The notes under the pieces were generated by a model, which saw only the letters and a program-made list of their open reading frames with translations, was not told the origin of the DNA and did no database searches. A stretch of DNA of 64,000 bases from Leucoraja erinacea (lineage: Eukaryota), in contig NC_073401.1 in the NCBI RefSeq assembly GCF_028641065.1, forward strand, positions 31,248,001 to 31,312,000, read 5' to 3'. Below, piece after piece: positions 1 to 13,100 of the stretch (its first letter is position 1; the number at the start of each line of letters is the position of its first letter). A program made the translations under genes and the position numbers.

Positions 1-1067
1 TTTCGGCCGGTACAATAATAACAACATTTAAGAGAATTTGAACATGGGTAGAAAGATCTGGAAGAACATGGGTCATCTGTGGGCTATTGGGATGAGTTTA
101 GATGGGGCCTCTTTGTCACTATGGACAATTTAGGCCAAATAGTGTGTTTCTGTTCTGTATGACTCAGTATGACAGAAGTTCACTAAGACTTCCTTGACAA
201 TCTTTCCAACTCCTGATCCCTCTTGTTTTGAATGGCTTTGTTCCATGGGTTGCTTTCCAAGTTGTATACTTGTAAAATATATTTAAAGAGCTGCAGATGC
301 GGGTTTAAATCGAAGGTAGACATTTACGAATATTTACCCTGTAAATATATTGCTGTATTCTCAATGTTGCTGTTTGGACCCCTGGGTCTCAGTATTACAT
401 TGTGGGCATACCTTCACACAGAGCACTCATGATATCAAAAACGTGGGGTTGCATGTTAAATGATCTCTTGCTCACAATCCTTGAGTTTTTAAACAAGCTT
501 GTTTTAAATAAACTGGTTAATTGTGGGTTGCCGAGTTGACTGAGGATGGTGTTAAAGGTATACATTTTATCAGAGATATGAAGCAGCTCTGGGTCTTGAC
601 ATTATGCCTTGTATATTGGAGCCCCAAGCTTCAATCAATTCCAACAGCACTGTTTGCTTCCGCAGAAAATAAACTATCCAAAGGGAAGAGGAAATAAACT
701 GCAGCAACCTTCCCCAATAAAAGCAGGATAAGTTTTCCAGAAACATCCATCGAATGGGAGATAAATTACTTAAAAATTGTGGCATGAAAATCAATCTCCA
801 GATGCTTCCAGAAGAGGCTAACAGATACCCGATCGACCATGTTGCCAAGAAGACTCCCAACTGACCCAGTTACAATTTGTTTCGTAGCAAGATTACATTT
901 ACCATTGGTGTGTTTTCCACAAAACTATTCCCTTGTATGTCATGACACTGAGCTATCGTGCATTAAAAAACTAACGGCAAACATGTGATTGGTGCTATTG
1001 TTTTGAGTTTCATGTTTACTTTGTCTAAGGAAGGCATAATGTAATAATCCATTCTGTTGATATCTAG

Positions 1068-1199
1068 ATGACAGACCCAGGCCAAGATCTTCTGCTTGCT
1101 GCTCTGAGCGAAAGTGGGATTAGCCCGAATGACCTTTTTGATGCAGATCCACTGGACACTGGCTTGATGTCTCCTCTGTCATCTGGTGGCTTGCAGCAG
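1068..1199 (+). CDS. SBNO1: SBNO1 first coding exon
   Basis: tag|ATG ACA GAC CCA... [25 protein letters not shown]...LQQ|gtgaaa. Confidence 0.93.
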
Positions 1200-4100
1200 G
1201 TGAAAATGGCTTTTTATATCATTTAATTTCTACAACTGTTTCTTTACTTTGGATGTGACTGAAATTTCTAGATTAAAATGGAAACTAGGGTTAGATCTAT
1301 TGCAATTGGCCCCGACTGTGATTGCAGGACACAGAATTTGCTTCTCCCAACTTATCCAGCAACTCATTCTAGATATTCACTGCCCTCTGTGATGAAAAAC
1401 CTACCCCTTGCATCCTATTTAAATTTCTCTCCACATCCCTTAAACATCGCATCTAATTTTAGATTTCCCTGCCATGGGAAAGAAACATACTATCCATTTC
1501 TTGCAATGCTCCTTGTAATTTTATAAACCTGACGTTTCTCACATTGGCCTCTCACGTGTCAGAGAATAAACCCAGCCTGTCCAATTTCCCCACATTATAA
1601 CCACCAGCCAGCAGATTTTTTTCTTCTGCACTCTATTGCTACTGTATCCTTCCCATAGTAGTCATTGGAACTAAACACTATTCCAAAAGAATTCAATGTT
1701 TTGTATAGGTACAAATGACATCCCAACTCTTGCACTCATTGTCCTCGCTTGTGCAGGCAAGCATATCAAATGCCCTCTGCACTCCCTATCCGCCTCTGTT
1801 GCCACTTTCAGTGATTTATGGTCTTACACTCTCAGTACATCAATGCTCCAGAGGTCCTTGCCATTGCCTTCATATGTTCTACCATAATATAACTCAATGG
1901 CAGTGTCCAAAAATGGAGCTGAAGTAAGTATCTGAAGGGAATGAATTTACAGGAATATGGTGAGAGCAGGGGAATGGTGTGGGCAGGATTGCTCTTGCAT
2001 GGAGCTGATTCACACTCAATATGTCGAATTATTTCCCCCTGTACTGCAATCATTGTGAATTCCACCCCTTTGCCTCTCCGTCTCTGCTCTGTTTAAAGTT
2101 GCTGTTTAATATTTCCCCGTCCTTTAATTAAAACTGATCTAATGCATTAGTGTTAGTTAAATATGTTGTTTTTACTGTAAATGTGCTCTATAACTACAGT
2201 TGCAATTTTAGGTTTAGTTTTCGGTAATGTTTCCGAATTCTTGTTTCAAAAGTTTCAGCAGGAGTAACCTATGAGCTGTCAGTACATAAGGTGATGAATC
2301 AGATTATTATTTATGGAGTTTCTGTACTATTTCCTGATTCCATGCAACTGTACAGCGGTGAACAGTACATAATAGGCCACTTAATCCAACTTGCTCTACA
2401 TGAGCTTCCTGCTTTTTCATCTCATTCTGTAAACTATCCTTTTCTTTCTTCTTTCATTAATCGTAAATGCTGTTCACCTTGCTCTTAATTCCTGATTTAA
2501 TTTGTTCATCACCACGGCAAGTTGATGGGCTGCAAGTAAAGACTCTCAGTCTGTTTTATTGAACTGCTGAGTCATTTTAAAAACTTCCACTGGGCCACCA
2601 TTCAGTTTTAGTTTGAGAAATGATTGCAAACCTCTGACTTCCTGGTTATTCTACTTCAAACATGAGACCATTTTCATTTCTATAATTATATTTTTCTGTC
2701 AACAGCCACCAACAGCTACCACTTTTGTGCTAAATCAGCTGAATCAGCTGCCAAACCTTGGAACAACATTAATTGTGACAAAGGCACCTGTAAATACAGT
2801 ATCTCGTCCCACTGTCACTGTAGCAAAAATAATTCATAGCAGCTCCCTCGCACTCACCTCAACTGCTGCTCCAGCATTGGCTACGGCATCATCCAAGGAC
2901 CAGATCCAACTTAAAGACTTGCTTAAAAACAACAGCTTATCTGAACTGATGAAAATGAAGCCACCGTCTAATATTGTTCAACCCATTACAACAGCAGCCA
3001 GTAAGTTATTTGCATTTAAGATCATTTTTGTTTGAATTGGGTCATTCTGTATAACTTTAGAAAGATTTGAAACAATAATTAACACAGACCAGGGAAGATA
3101 ATTTGCTGTTAATGCACTTAAATATTGTAGAATATTTAATTTTAAAATCATTTTGAAAAATGTTCATAGTTAGACTGCATAGGTAAGTTGAACTTGGATG
3201 CAAGTTGGTAATACTTTCTTGCATTTGCAGTATCAACGTCAAACCATTGGATGTGCATTTTATTAGCAATGTGATTGTGAAGATATAGTTTATTAAACAT
3301 CAACAGGCACATAAATGGACAAGTGAATGCCAAGAAGATTTACTAGAATACTCCTTTTATTTTTGAACCAAAGTGGCTCTCCTCATGTTTTCCACATTAT
3401 TTTTGTTTCATTTTCTATTTCCTTGCTTTTCCACTTCATAATCCATATCTTGCTGAAATCCCTCTTGTAACTTAGCTTTGTCTCATCAGCAAATTTGGAC
3501 ATATTGTGCTCGATCTCTTCATCTAAATCATTGATCTAGATTGTGAAGAGCTGGGACCCTAACATTAATCCCTGCGGCACCGTAGAAGTTGCCCCCTCCG
3601 AACCTGAAAATAACTTGTCAGTGACTCCTATTGTTTTACATTTTGAATAAAGCCAAGCCACCTGCTTACTTCACTGCTCGTCGTTTGCTTTATTCAAATT
3701 TAATCCCATGATATCAGATTGATCAATATAAATTTCAATATAAGATTCATCATAATATGATTATTGTTTCTGAAAGGCCCCTCCACCACCGGATCGTCAG
3801 CTAACCCAATACACTATACTTATCTAGAACATCCTGTTCCTAGTTGATCCCTCCACATACACTCTGTAATTTCACCCTTTAACGGTGTTAATCAAAACTC
3901 CATGTTTTCAATTGCAAAATAGCTGATCATTGTTTTCCTAGGTATATAGAACGAAAGAGCACAACAGCATTCTCTTCTTGCCAATTTATGCTTCGCACTG
4001 TAGCCATGTGGCCATTTGTAAGATTTGGCTGAAGAGATTGTGTAATTCTTGTCTGTAACGTAGCCATTTATTTTTGTCTGGTAAAGATTAAGTGTAGATT

Positions 4101-7100
4101 AAATGTATATAATCTTCTGAAGATTCTACTTATTAGGTACAATTAGTCCAGAAACATATTTAGAAAAAATCATCAGAAAAGAACGATTAATTTGAAACAT
4201 AACTGCAGTTTTTTGTTAAATAAGTGTTTAATATTATTAATGCAAGGAAGTTGAGCGACTTTCCAGAATGCATCAGAAACTTTTTCCCCTACTTAACTTC
4301 CTTACAGAAATTGTACTACTCACTTCTAAGATGGCAAATAATCCAGGTAAGGTAGTAATATCAGATCACAGAAGCTCAACACAATGGAGGCATACCTAGT
4401 GATTACGTGGTGGATTAGTGGGCAACATTTTTGGTTGAAGTTTGATATGCTGTGAAGTTTGGCCAGCACCCTCTCCTGTATTTAGTACCAGAGGTCAGAG
4501 GTTAGAATTATTTATCCTGTTTTCACACTGGTGAGTTTGTAAATGTACTATATACCAAGCTATCCTGCAGCCTTGATAATTACTTTGGTAAATTTTCTTT
4601 GCATCTCATCTCTGGTTATAGCTTTGTGTTGGGGCATCTTTTACAGTTATGCTTGCATGTTGTTGGTGTGGGGCTGAGGTACGTTTGTATATATCTTCCA
4701 GTACACCTTTGCATTGTATAATAATCGGGAAGGAATCTGCACAGTGTTTCACTGAATAAAGCAGAGGCATTGAATGTACATCTGGGAGTAATGATTGAAG
4801 CAGAAACTTAAAACGTTAGGCAGGTCCGGCAGCATCTGTAGAAGGTGAGTTAGTGTCTAACTAGACGATGGACAGAAATAGCTGGAGTAACTCAGTGGGT
4901 CAGGCAGCATCTCTAGAGAAAAGGAATAATTGACGTTTTGGGTTGAGGCCCTTTTTCAGCATGGATGACAAATGATTAGAACTGGTGAAATTATAGTGGT
5001 CTGGAATGTTAATTGTTTTATGGAATCTTTCAGACTTCACTCTCTATTTTCTGCTTTTTTTGGTGAATATTTTATCCTGAAAATGTAATGGATGCAATGT
5101 AACTGAGCGCAAGCATGAAGATGCGTTAAATCACTTCATTAGTTTAGGACGAGTGAAGTTTTTGATTAATGTGTTTTTATTGTTCAGGCAAAATATACTG
5201 ACAAATATAATTGGACCTTGTATTGTGGCTGATCAGGCATACATTTTAAATTAGCATTACTAATATAATTGGGAATTGTGGCTATTTAGAGTTAAAACAA
5301 TTGTATGTGTTGTTTGCAGCTGATTTGAACAATGGTGTGAAGAAGGAATCACTGAGTAAAGAGGTGACTCGAATATGGGTCAATGAAGACATCAAAGTGC
5401 GGAGCTTCTCTCCCACTCCGGTAATTATATTTCACAGCTTTGACATTTTGCCACTGTCAGTAGAAATGCATGGAGGTCTTTACCTGTTCCTTTCATGGTT
5501 TCTGTTTGGACTTGTAATTATATGCTGATAGTCTGGTATAACTTGCAGAGTGATCTATGTTTTTTCAACCTGGCCCAGAGCCACAGCATTCAGTTAAAAG
5601 TTGTTGCCTAAAAGATGGTGCCTGTCTTCATCTCAGTGAGGACATGAAGCAAATACTCTATAGTTATGCCAGTGTAGGCCAGATTTTAGCCACCCTGTGG
5701 GTTTTTCCTCAGAACCCTTATCAACGTACGCACTCTAGTTTCACATTCTTCTACGGCAGAGCAAAGCTTCCCACTATCGACGTGCTCAACATCCCTTACA
5801 ATCTTGTATACCTCTACTCCAAGCGAAGCAAGCCCAGCCCGTCAGTGTCATCTTGTAACAGAAACAATGCATCCCAGGCAACATCCCGGTGAAACTCCAC
5901 TGCATCCATTCCAATGCAATCTGTTCTTCCTATAGTTTGGCAGCAACAATTGCACTCTGTATCATTATAAAATTGCATCTCAATGCTCAGGTCAGGTCGG
6001 GGGGGGGGGGGGGGGGTTCCCCCCGCCACGGGTACCATGTAAGGGGGCAGTGGACCCTCAGCGGGACCAAAAACAAGACCTGTCAAATGGCGGATGAGCA
6101 TCTAGCGAGCCAATGGCCATGCACACTTCAGTAGAAGTTGCGATCACTGTCGTACATAGCATTGTAAGGAATGATGATAAATCACACAGCAAAATCCAAT
6201 TATTCCAGCGGTGGAAGTCCGCAGGAACTGGAGGACAGAGATGTGTGGTGTGTCCGTCACCGTTCCCGTTGAAAACCAGCACCACTGCGTTGCTAATGTT
6301 TTCAACGATGATGATGATCAATGAACTACAACACATCCCTGCTTCCCTCTACCACCCCAACATCAATTTAGTTTCTTTGATCTATTATGATGACCTTTAT
6401 AATGTGGCTGTTTACTAATATACAAAGTTCATGTACAAAGAGTATGGGACGGGATGTTCCATGATCATCGTTCCTTATGGAACACATGATTCTTAAAATG
6501 TGCATGGGATTTTTCTCCCCTTAATTTAAACTAAGATGCATTGAATCTAGACAGTATTTATTTTTTAAGTCAATTTTGTTTTTTTTTCCTTTGGGAGATT
6601 TATGATTTTCATTCTTTGTAATTGTGTAACTGCTGTTGACCAATAATGCCTGCCAATCTTTGAAAACCAATCCAAAACTACCTTTTCCTATAAAGGTTTT
6701 GTGCTTGCTTTTAAGAGTTAGTGAAGAAAGTGGAAGAGATACCAAATAGGTCATCTGTTCTTTGGCTGAGTTTTCAGTTTGTTGTCCTAATCTCTCTCTT
6801 AATATTTGATAGAAATTGCCTCTGAAAGATGAAGAGGAACCTGAGGAGGAGGACGATGAGGAGATGGGGCATGCGGACACATATGCTGAATATATGCCAA
6901 TGAAATGTAAGCCTTTTTCTCAAAGTCCTCAATTCATTTGTCTACCTCTATTTTAATTTAGTAGTCAAGTTTACTGAATTACTATAACAACTGAATACTG
7001 AAAGTTTATATCTTGCAATACATTTGCGATTAACAAGGAAATGGCAGAAGAGTTGAACAGGTACTTTAGTTCTGTCTTCACTAAGGAAAGCACAAACAAT

Positions 7101-10100
7101 CTCCCAGATGTACTAGTGGCCAGAGGACCTAGGATGACGGAGGAACTTAGTCAGGAAATGGTGTTGGGTAGACTGATGGGACTTAAGGCTGATAAATCCC
7201 CAGGGCCTGATGGTCTGCATCCCAGGGTAATCAAGGAGGTGGCTCTGGAAATTGTGGATGCAATTTTCCAATGTTCTATAGATTCTGGATCCCTGTGGAT
7301 TGGAGAGTAGCTAATGTTATCCCACTTTTCAAGAAAGGAGGGAGAGAGAAAGCAGGGTATTATAGACCAGTTAGCCTCACATCGGTGGTGAGGAAGATGC
7401 TGGAGTCGATTATCAAAGATGTAATAGCGGCGCATTTGGATAGCAGTAACAGGATCGGTCCAAGTCAGGATGGATTTATGAAGGGGAAATCATGATTGAC
7501 AAATCTTCTGAATTTTTAAAGGATGTAACAAGTCCCCACCAGCTCTTTAGAGTTAAGCAGTTATTCAAAACTACAGGCCATCTCAAGATAGTCTGACCAA
7601 TTTCTTGGGCTCGTGATTTTTTTTGGCAGTAAAAATGCATGTTCTAAAGTCTACTGTATCTGGATTGTCACGGTTACTAAAGCAGATAATAGTTTAGTAC
7701 TTAACACCAGTAAACCTGCCTAACTTTCACAAATGTATTAATTTTGTTAAAAGTAAAAGTTGGATTGCGCCATCCTGATCCAGTTGTGGAGACCAGTTCC
7801 TTATCAAGTGTGACACCTCCTGATGTTTGGTATCGGTTGACTCTACAGGAGGAGACCATTGACAGTGGCTGGCTGTCTGCTTTGCAGCTGGAAGCAATTA
7901 CCTACGCTGCTCAGGTACTGAGCTTTTAAAACAATTGGTCTACATGCAAATAAGTTGAGCAGCAATGCCCTCAGATCCAAGTGTGGCCATTACTAAGTCC
8001 TGTTCAACATTTATTGTTTTGAACCACAGCAACATGAAACATTCCTCCCCAATGGGGACCGTGCAGCCTTCCTGATAGGGGACGGGGCTGGTGTGGGTAA
8101 AGGCAGAACCATTGCTGGCATCATTTTTGAAAATTACCTTCTTGGTAGAAAAAGGTCAATATGGTAAGTGGAAACAACATGAATCCAAATTATCCAAAGC
8201 GTGTTTACTGCAGTTGGTTAAAGTTGAGGTTCTGTGCTTATTACAGGTTTAGTGTATCCAATGACTTGAAGTATGATGCTGAAAGGGATCTGAGAGACAT
8301 TGGAGCAAAAAATATTCAGGTTCATGCGCTGAATAAGGTAATGAACACTTCTTTTTGAAGGTGGTATCTTTTATGTTAAGGGGGGGAACTAGTCCATTTT
8401 TCTTTCATAACTGAATCAATTTTCCTACTATATATTTGAGGCCAATTTAGATTTATACGCTTTTCAACAAGATAATAGTGCTTTCCACTTTCCATAGCCT
8501 CGCTGCTTCCAGCCTTTCCCATTACAGATTGACATTTCTGTATTTTAGTTTAAGGCTTCTGAATTGCACACTGGAGAGTCTCAGTGGGTATAAGGGGGGT
8601 ATTTTGCTTCATGGGTGACCAGGAACAGGGAAATGCAAGTGAAGGCTTGTCTTTGTGGCCATGAAGTATTACAATGTGGCACATTATTTTAAATTTGACA
8701 ATTAGTTTTCAACAAGTTTAATGATTTTCTAAAATCTCACTATCTAAAATCTAAATGCATGTAGTTATTTGCGGAAGCTTGATAGGATTGAATGCTCCCT
8801 GCACGGGTAAAACCCAGGGGTGACAAGTATGTGTACCCAAGATGTGGAGGAAGATGAGCTTTGCTTAAAGAGAAAAAGGAAATATGAGCAGTGTAGGGAA
8901 CTAATGACTATTGACAATAAATAAACTTCCTGGTATTTTTAGTTTATTTAGTAAGTCTTTTCCCATTTCCATTCCCACATTACTGGAGTCCTTTTCAGAT
9001 TTGTTAACTTAAAGATAATTCAAAGTCTTGGTAAGATCGGAAAGTCCTGAATTGCATGGTTTGGGCTGCAGATTAATATGATGTGATGTATTTTGGAATA
9101 TCTACAATTTAGTGCACTTATAACATCGTGTGCATAATTTTGGCCCATACCACCTTCACACTTTGGGTCTTGGCAACCAATGTTTGAAATATGTACACTA
9201 ATAATATCACCATAACCACACTTGTTTGTTTTCTAGTTCAAGTATGGAAAAATCTCTTCCAAACAAAATGGAAGTGTGAAGAAAGGTATCATTTTTGCAA
9301 CATATTCTTCACTAATTGGTGAAAGTCAATCGGGTGGAAAATATAAAACCAGGTTAAAGCAGCTTTTGCACTGGTGCGGAGAAGACTTTGATGGGGTTGT
9401 ATCCTTTTTATTAGTACAGAATTTAAGTATCACTGTGGCATGTTCCACGAGTAATAAAACCAAAAGTTCTGTTTTCTACAGAGATGTATTAATTAAAAAA
9501 TGTCCACGATGATTTGTTTCACATATCCTTTGTTTTACAATGTAGTATGACTATTTTTGTCTGGTAGAAGAAAGAATGTATATTTAGATACTTTGATGTA
9601 GTATTGCTGTCCATTGCCAGTAGACTGGACTGCCCTCATCTGGGTCTATGTCTACCTGACCAACGTCATTTGGGCTTGTCTTCCCATGGCACTAAGGAAA
9701 TGCTGGTTGTCTGTTGGAGTGGAATTTTGATCTTGGAACTACGCATCTTTCTAAATCCATGGCATCCATTTATAGCTTGCCTGGCTTCCTGCATAACCTT
9801 CACCTATGGTCACTTCAATCGTCCAGCATCTTTCATGGCACATTTAATGAAAATTGGAACTTGGCTTTTTGAGAATAAAACCATTGTAATTAACTGGATG
9901 GTTGCATGCTATTTATAGTTAATATAGTTAAAAATCACCTTAACTGAATTATTGCAGATAGTTTTTGATGAATGCCACAAAGCCAAAAATCTGTCACCTG
10001 TTGGTTCCTCAAAACCCACAAAAACTGGACTGGCAGTATTGGAACTGCAGAACAAATTGCCAAAGGCACGCGTCGTGTATGCCAGTGCAACAGGTATGCA

Positions 10101-13100
10101 AACGTGGGAGCTTTAGTTTTGTCTGTGTGATCACTAAAGTAAATGTATTTACTTTGGGGGAAGCTGGATGGAGCAGCATAATTGTAAAGCAGGCCCCTGG
10201 CCATTCACATGCAAAATATGCAGATCAGGCAGCATCGGTGAAGAGAGAATCAAATGTTTCAGAAATAACCTATCATCAGAATTCTTACCACATTTGTACT
10301 TTCCTTTTCCATTTAAATTCATAACATCTTTGTTGCTCAACCACATTGACAGTTTCTGCTTTTTTGTTCCTAAGTGTACCAGCATCTGCAGTTCCTCGTC
10401 TCATCTTCCCCATCGCCATCTAATTCATGTGCACTAGCCTCTCTTGTTCTCATTCACTTGGCAGAACTCGTTCTAGTGATGAACAACCTCCCCTTCTCCT
10501 CCACTTACTCCTTCCTTGGCAAAGTAGTATCTATGGGATCTCGGGCTAGGCATGGGTTTGTGGTATTATATTAGTTTTAGTCCTACTTGTCCCCCAAGGT
10601 TCCTCCAATCCAACAATTATTTCACTGCAACATTGATGTCTGTATTGATTCTGCCTTCTACACTTGCATTGAATTTGAATAGTTTGTTACTTTTGCTGCC
10701 AGTTGTCACCCTGCTCTCACTTTCATGTGGTCTACATTTGAAATGTAATTTCCTATCTTGTGTGTCTATCTCCAACTTGGTGGTGGGGGGGGGGGGAGAG
10801 ATTACGCCAGTGACCTATTAAGTCCATGAATTCTCATAAATATCTCTCCATATTGCTTCTTGCAATTCCTTTATTATCTCTGTTTCTACTGTATCTACGC
10901 TGTTGACAGGACTTTCCACGTCAATGTTTCTGAAATGTCTTCCTTATTCTTTACCTGCTGCTCTATTGCAGTTGACATCTCTATTTCCTGTACTTCCACT
11001 TTTGTCCCCTCGCCTCCACGCTAGGATAAATTCCTTTTGTTCTTGCCTTCCACGACCACCAGTCTCCTCATTCAGCAATGTGGTCTTGTACGTAGGAGAA
11101 TCAAATGCGGATCGTGTGATTACTTTACAAAGCGAGGTGAAATGCCAAATGTCAGGATGTCAAATGCAAGAGAGTAAGACCCTTGGGAGTATCGATGGAC
11201 AGAGAGATCTTGTGAGCAAGTCCATAACTACCAGAATGTGGTAATATTTAGACGAGGTGTATACACAAGGTCTACAGGCTGCCTTTATGGATCAGGGTAT
11301 AGAGTATAAAAGTTGGCAAGCCATGTTGTGGCTGTATTGAACTCTGGTCAGGCCACATTTGGTACAGTTCTGATTGCGTGTTACAGGAAGGGTCTGTGGG
11401 CTTTGGAGAAAGTGCTCACCCAAAGGTTGCTTTGATTAGAGAATATAAGTTCTAACGAGAAGTTGGACAGTTGGAAACGCATATGATAATAGCTCAAGAG
11501 GCATTTATACTAAACAGGCAAGGAAACGAGGAATATGCACAATGTGCAGACAGATTTTCTGTGTAAATTGACGTAATTGTTAGCACAGACATGGTGGGCC
11601 AGAGGGCCTGTTCCTTGCTGTACTGTTCTCTGTGCACAAAGATGATTTGAAACTGTGGAAGAGGGATATTTGAGTATACTTAGGCCTTTTGAATATTATG
11701 AAGTTCAACATGGCCCCTACAACTCTTACCAACTCCTACAGATGAACCATAGAAAGCATTTTATCAGGATGCATCACAGCTTGGTTTGGGAACAGCTCCA
11801 TCTAAGACCGCAAGAAATTACAGCAAATTGTGGACGGAGCCCATACCATCACATAAATCAACCTCCCTTCTATTGACTCCATTTATACCTCGTGCCACCT
11901 CGACAAGGCCAGCAGTATAATCACGGACGAGTCGCACTCCCTCTTCTCCCATCGGGCAAAGGGTAAGGAAGTGTGAAAACGCACACCTTCAGATTCGGGG
12001 ACAGTTTCTTCCCAGCTGTTATCAGGCATCCTAACGCAACCAGAGAGCGCTGAACTACTATCTACTTCTTTGGTGACCCTTGGGACTATCCTCAATCGGA
12101 CTTTGCTGGCTATACCTTGCACTAAAAGTTATTCCCTTATGTAAATGTTATTCCCATATACACTGTGAATGGCTCTATTGTAATCATGTATTGTCTTTCT
12201 GCTGACTGGGTAGCGTGCAACAAAAGCTTTTCGCTGTACCTTGGTGCACGTGACACTGAACTAAATGATGTTCTTCCTTTGTACTTATGGTATTATTCCC
12301 CATAATAGGTGCATCAGAACCTCGCAATATGGCTTATATGAACCGACTTGGAATCTGGGGTGAAGGCACACCATTCAAAGAGTTCAATGATTTCATTCAG
12401 GCTGTTGAGAGGAGGTAAAATACAATCCAAACATTTGTATTGAAAGATAATAGTAACAATCTGTCAGCTAGAATGAGCTAATTCCTTGTAATGGTTATAT
12501 TTCAGCCCAATTCTGTAAATCGTGTTTCTTTTCTTTAAAAATCTTGTTTCTTTAAAACAGAGGCGTTGGGGCAATGGAAATAGTTGCCATGGATATGAAG
12601 CTAAGAGGAATGTATATAGCAAGACAACTGAGCTTTTCTGGAGTAACCTTCAAAATTGAAGAAGTTCCCCTCAGTCTAGATTACATAAAGATGTATAATA
12701 GAGCAGTAAAGCTGGTAAGTAACGGCGCAAAGCTTTGTCTTTGGGGGGTCGGGGGGGGGGGGGGGGGGGGTCTGCAGTTGCTAGAATTGAAGATTAACAC
12801 CATCATAAATCCTTTTCCATTGTGTTAAAATTCTGCTTTGAAATAACTGATTTTTTCCTTAAGTGTAGAAATATTAGGTAGTTTCTCTGAAGCATAAATT
12901 GCGGTCTAGTTTAGTTCGCAAGTTCTAGGAACAGAATTAGGCCATTCGACCCATCAAGTCTACTCTGCCATTCAATCATGGCTAATCTATCTTACCTTCT
13001 CAACCCTCTCCTGACACTCTTACTCATCAAGAATCTAAAATTTTAAATAGCAAGGAATAGTGAATGTTTAGAATTATAACCGTAGCAAGGATATTTGAGA

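Noticed and set aside
2200-2290. Candidate for the missing second SBNO1 exon (ends AAG|gtgatg)
   Set aside because: Every nearby AG acceptor gives an in-frame stop in phase 0, and there is no similarity to the expected peptide.
5560-6420. Cluster of 80-110 aa ORFs in an SBNO1 intron
   Set aside because: There is no coherent protein; part (5730-5840, -) reads like a decayed CR1 C-terminus ([17 protein letters not shown]).
6521-6880. Antisense ORFs overlapping SBNO1 exons (e.g. poly-Ser, and similar at 17114-17735)
   Set aside because: They are shadows of codon-biased sense exons.
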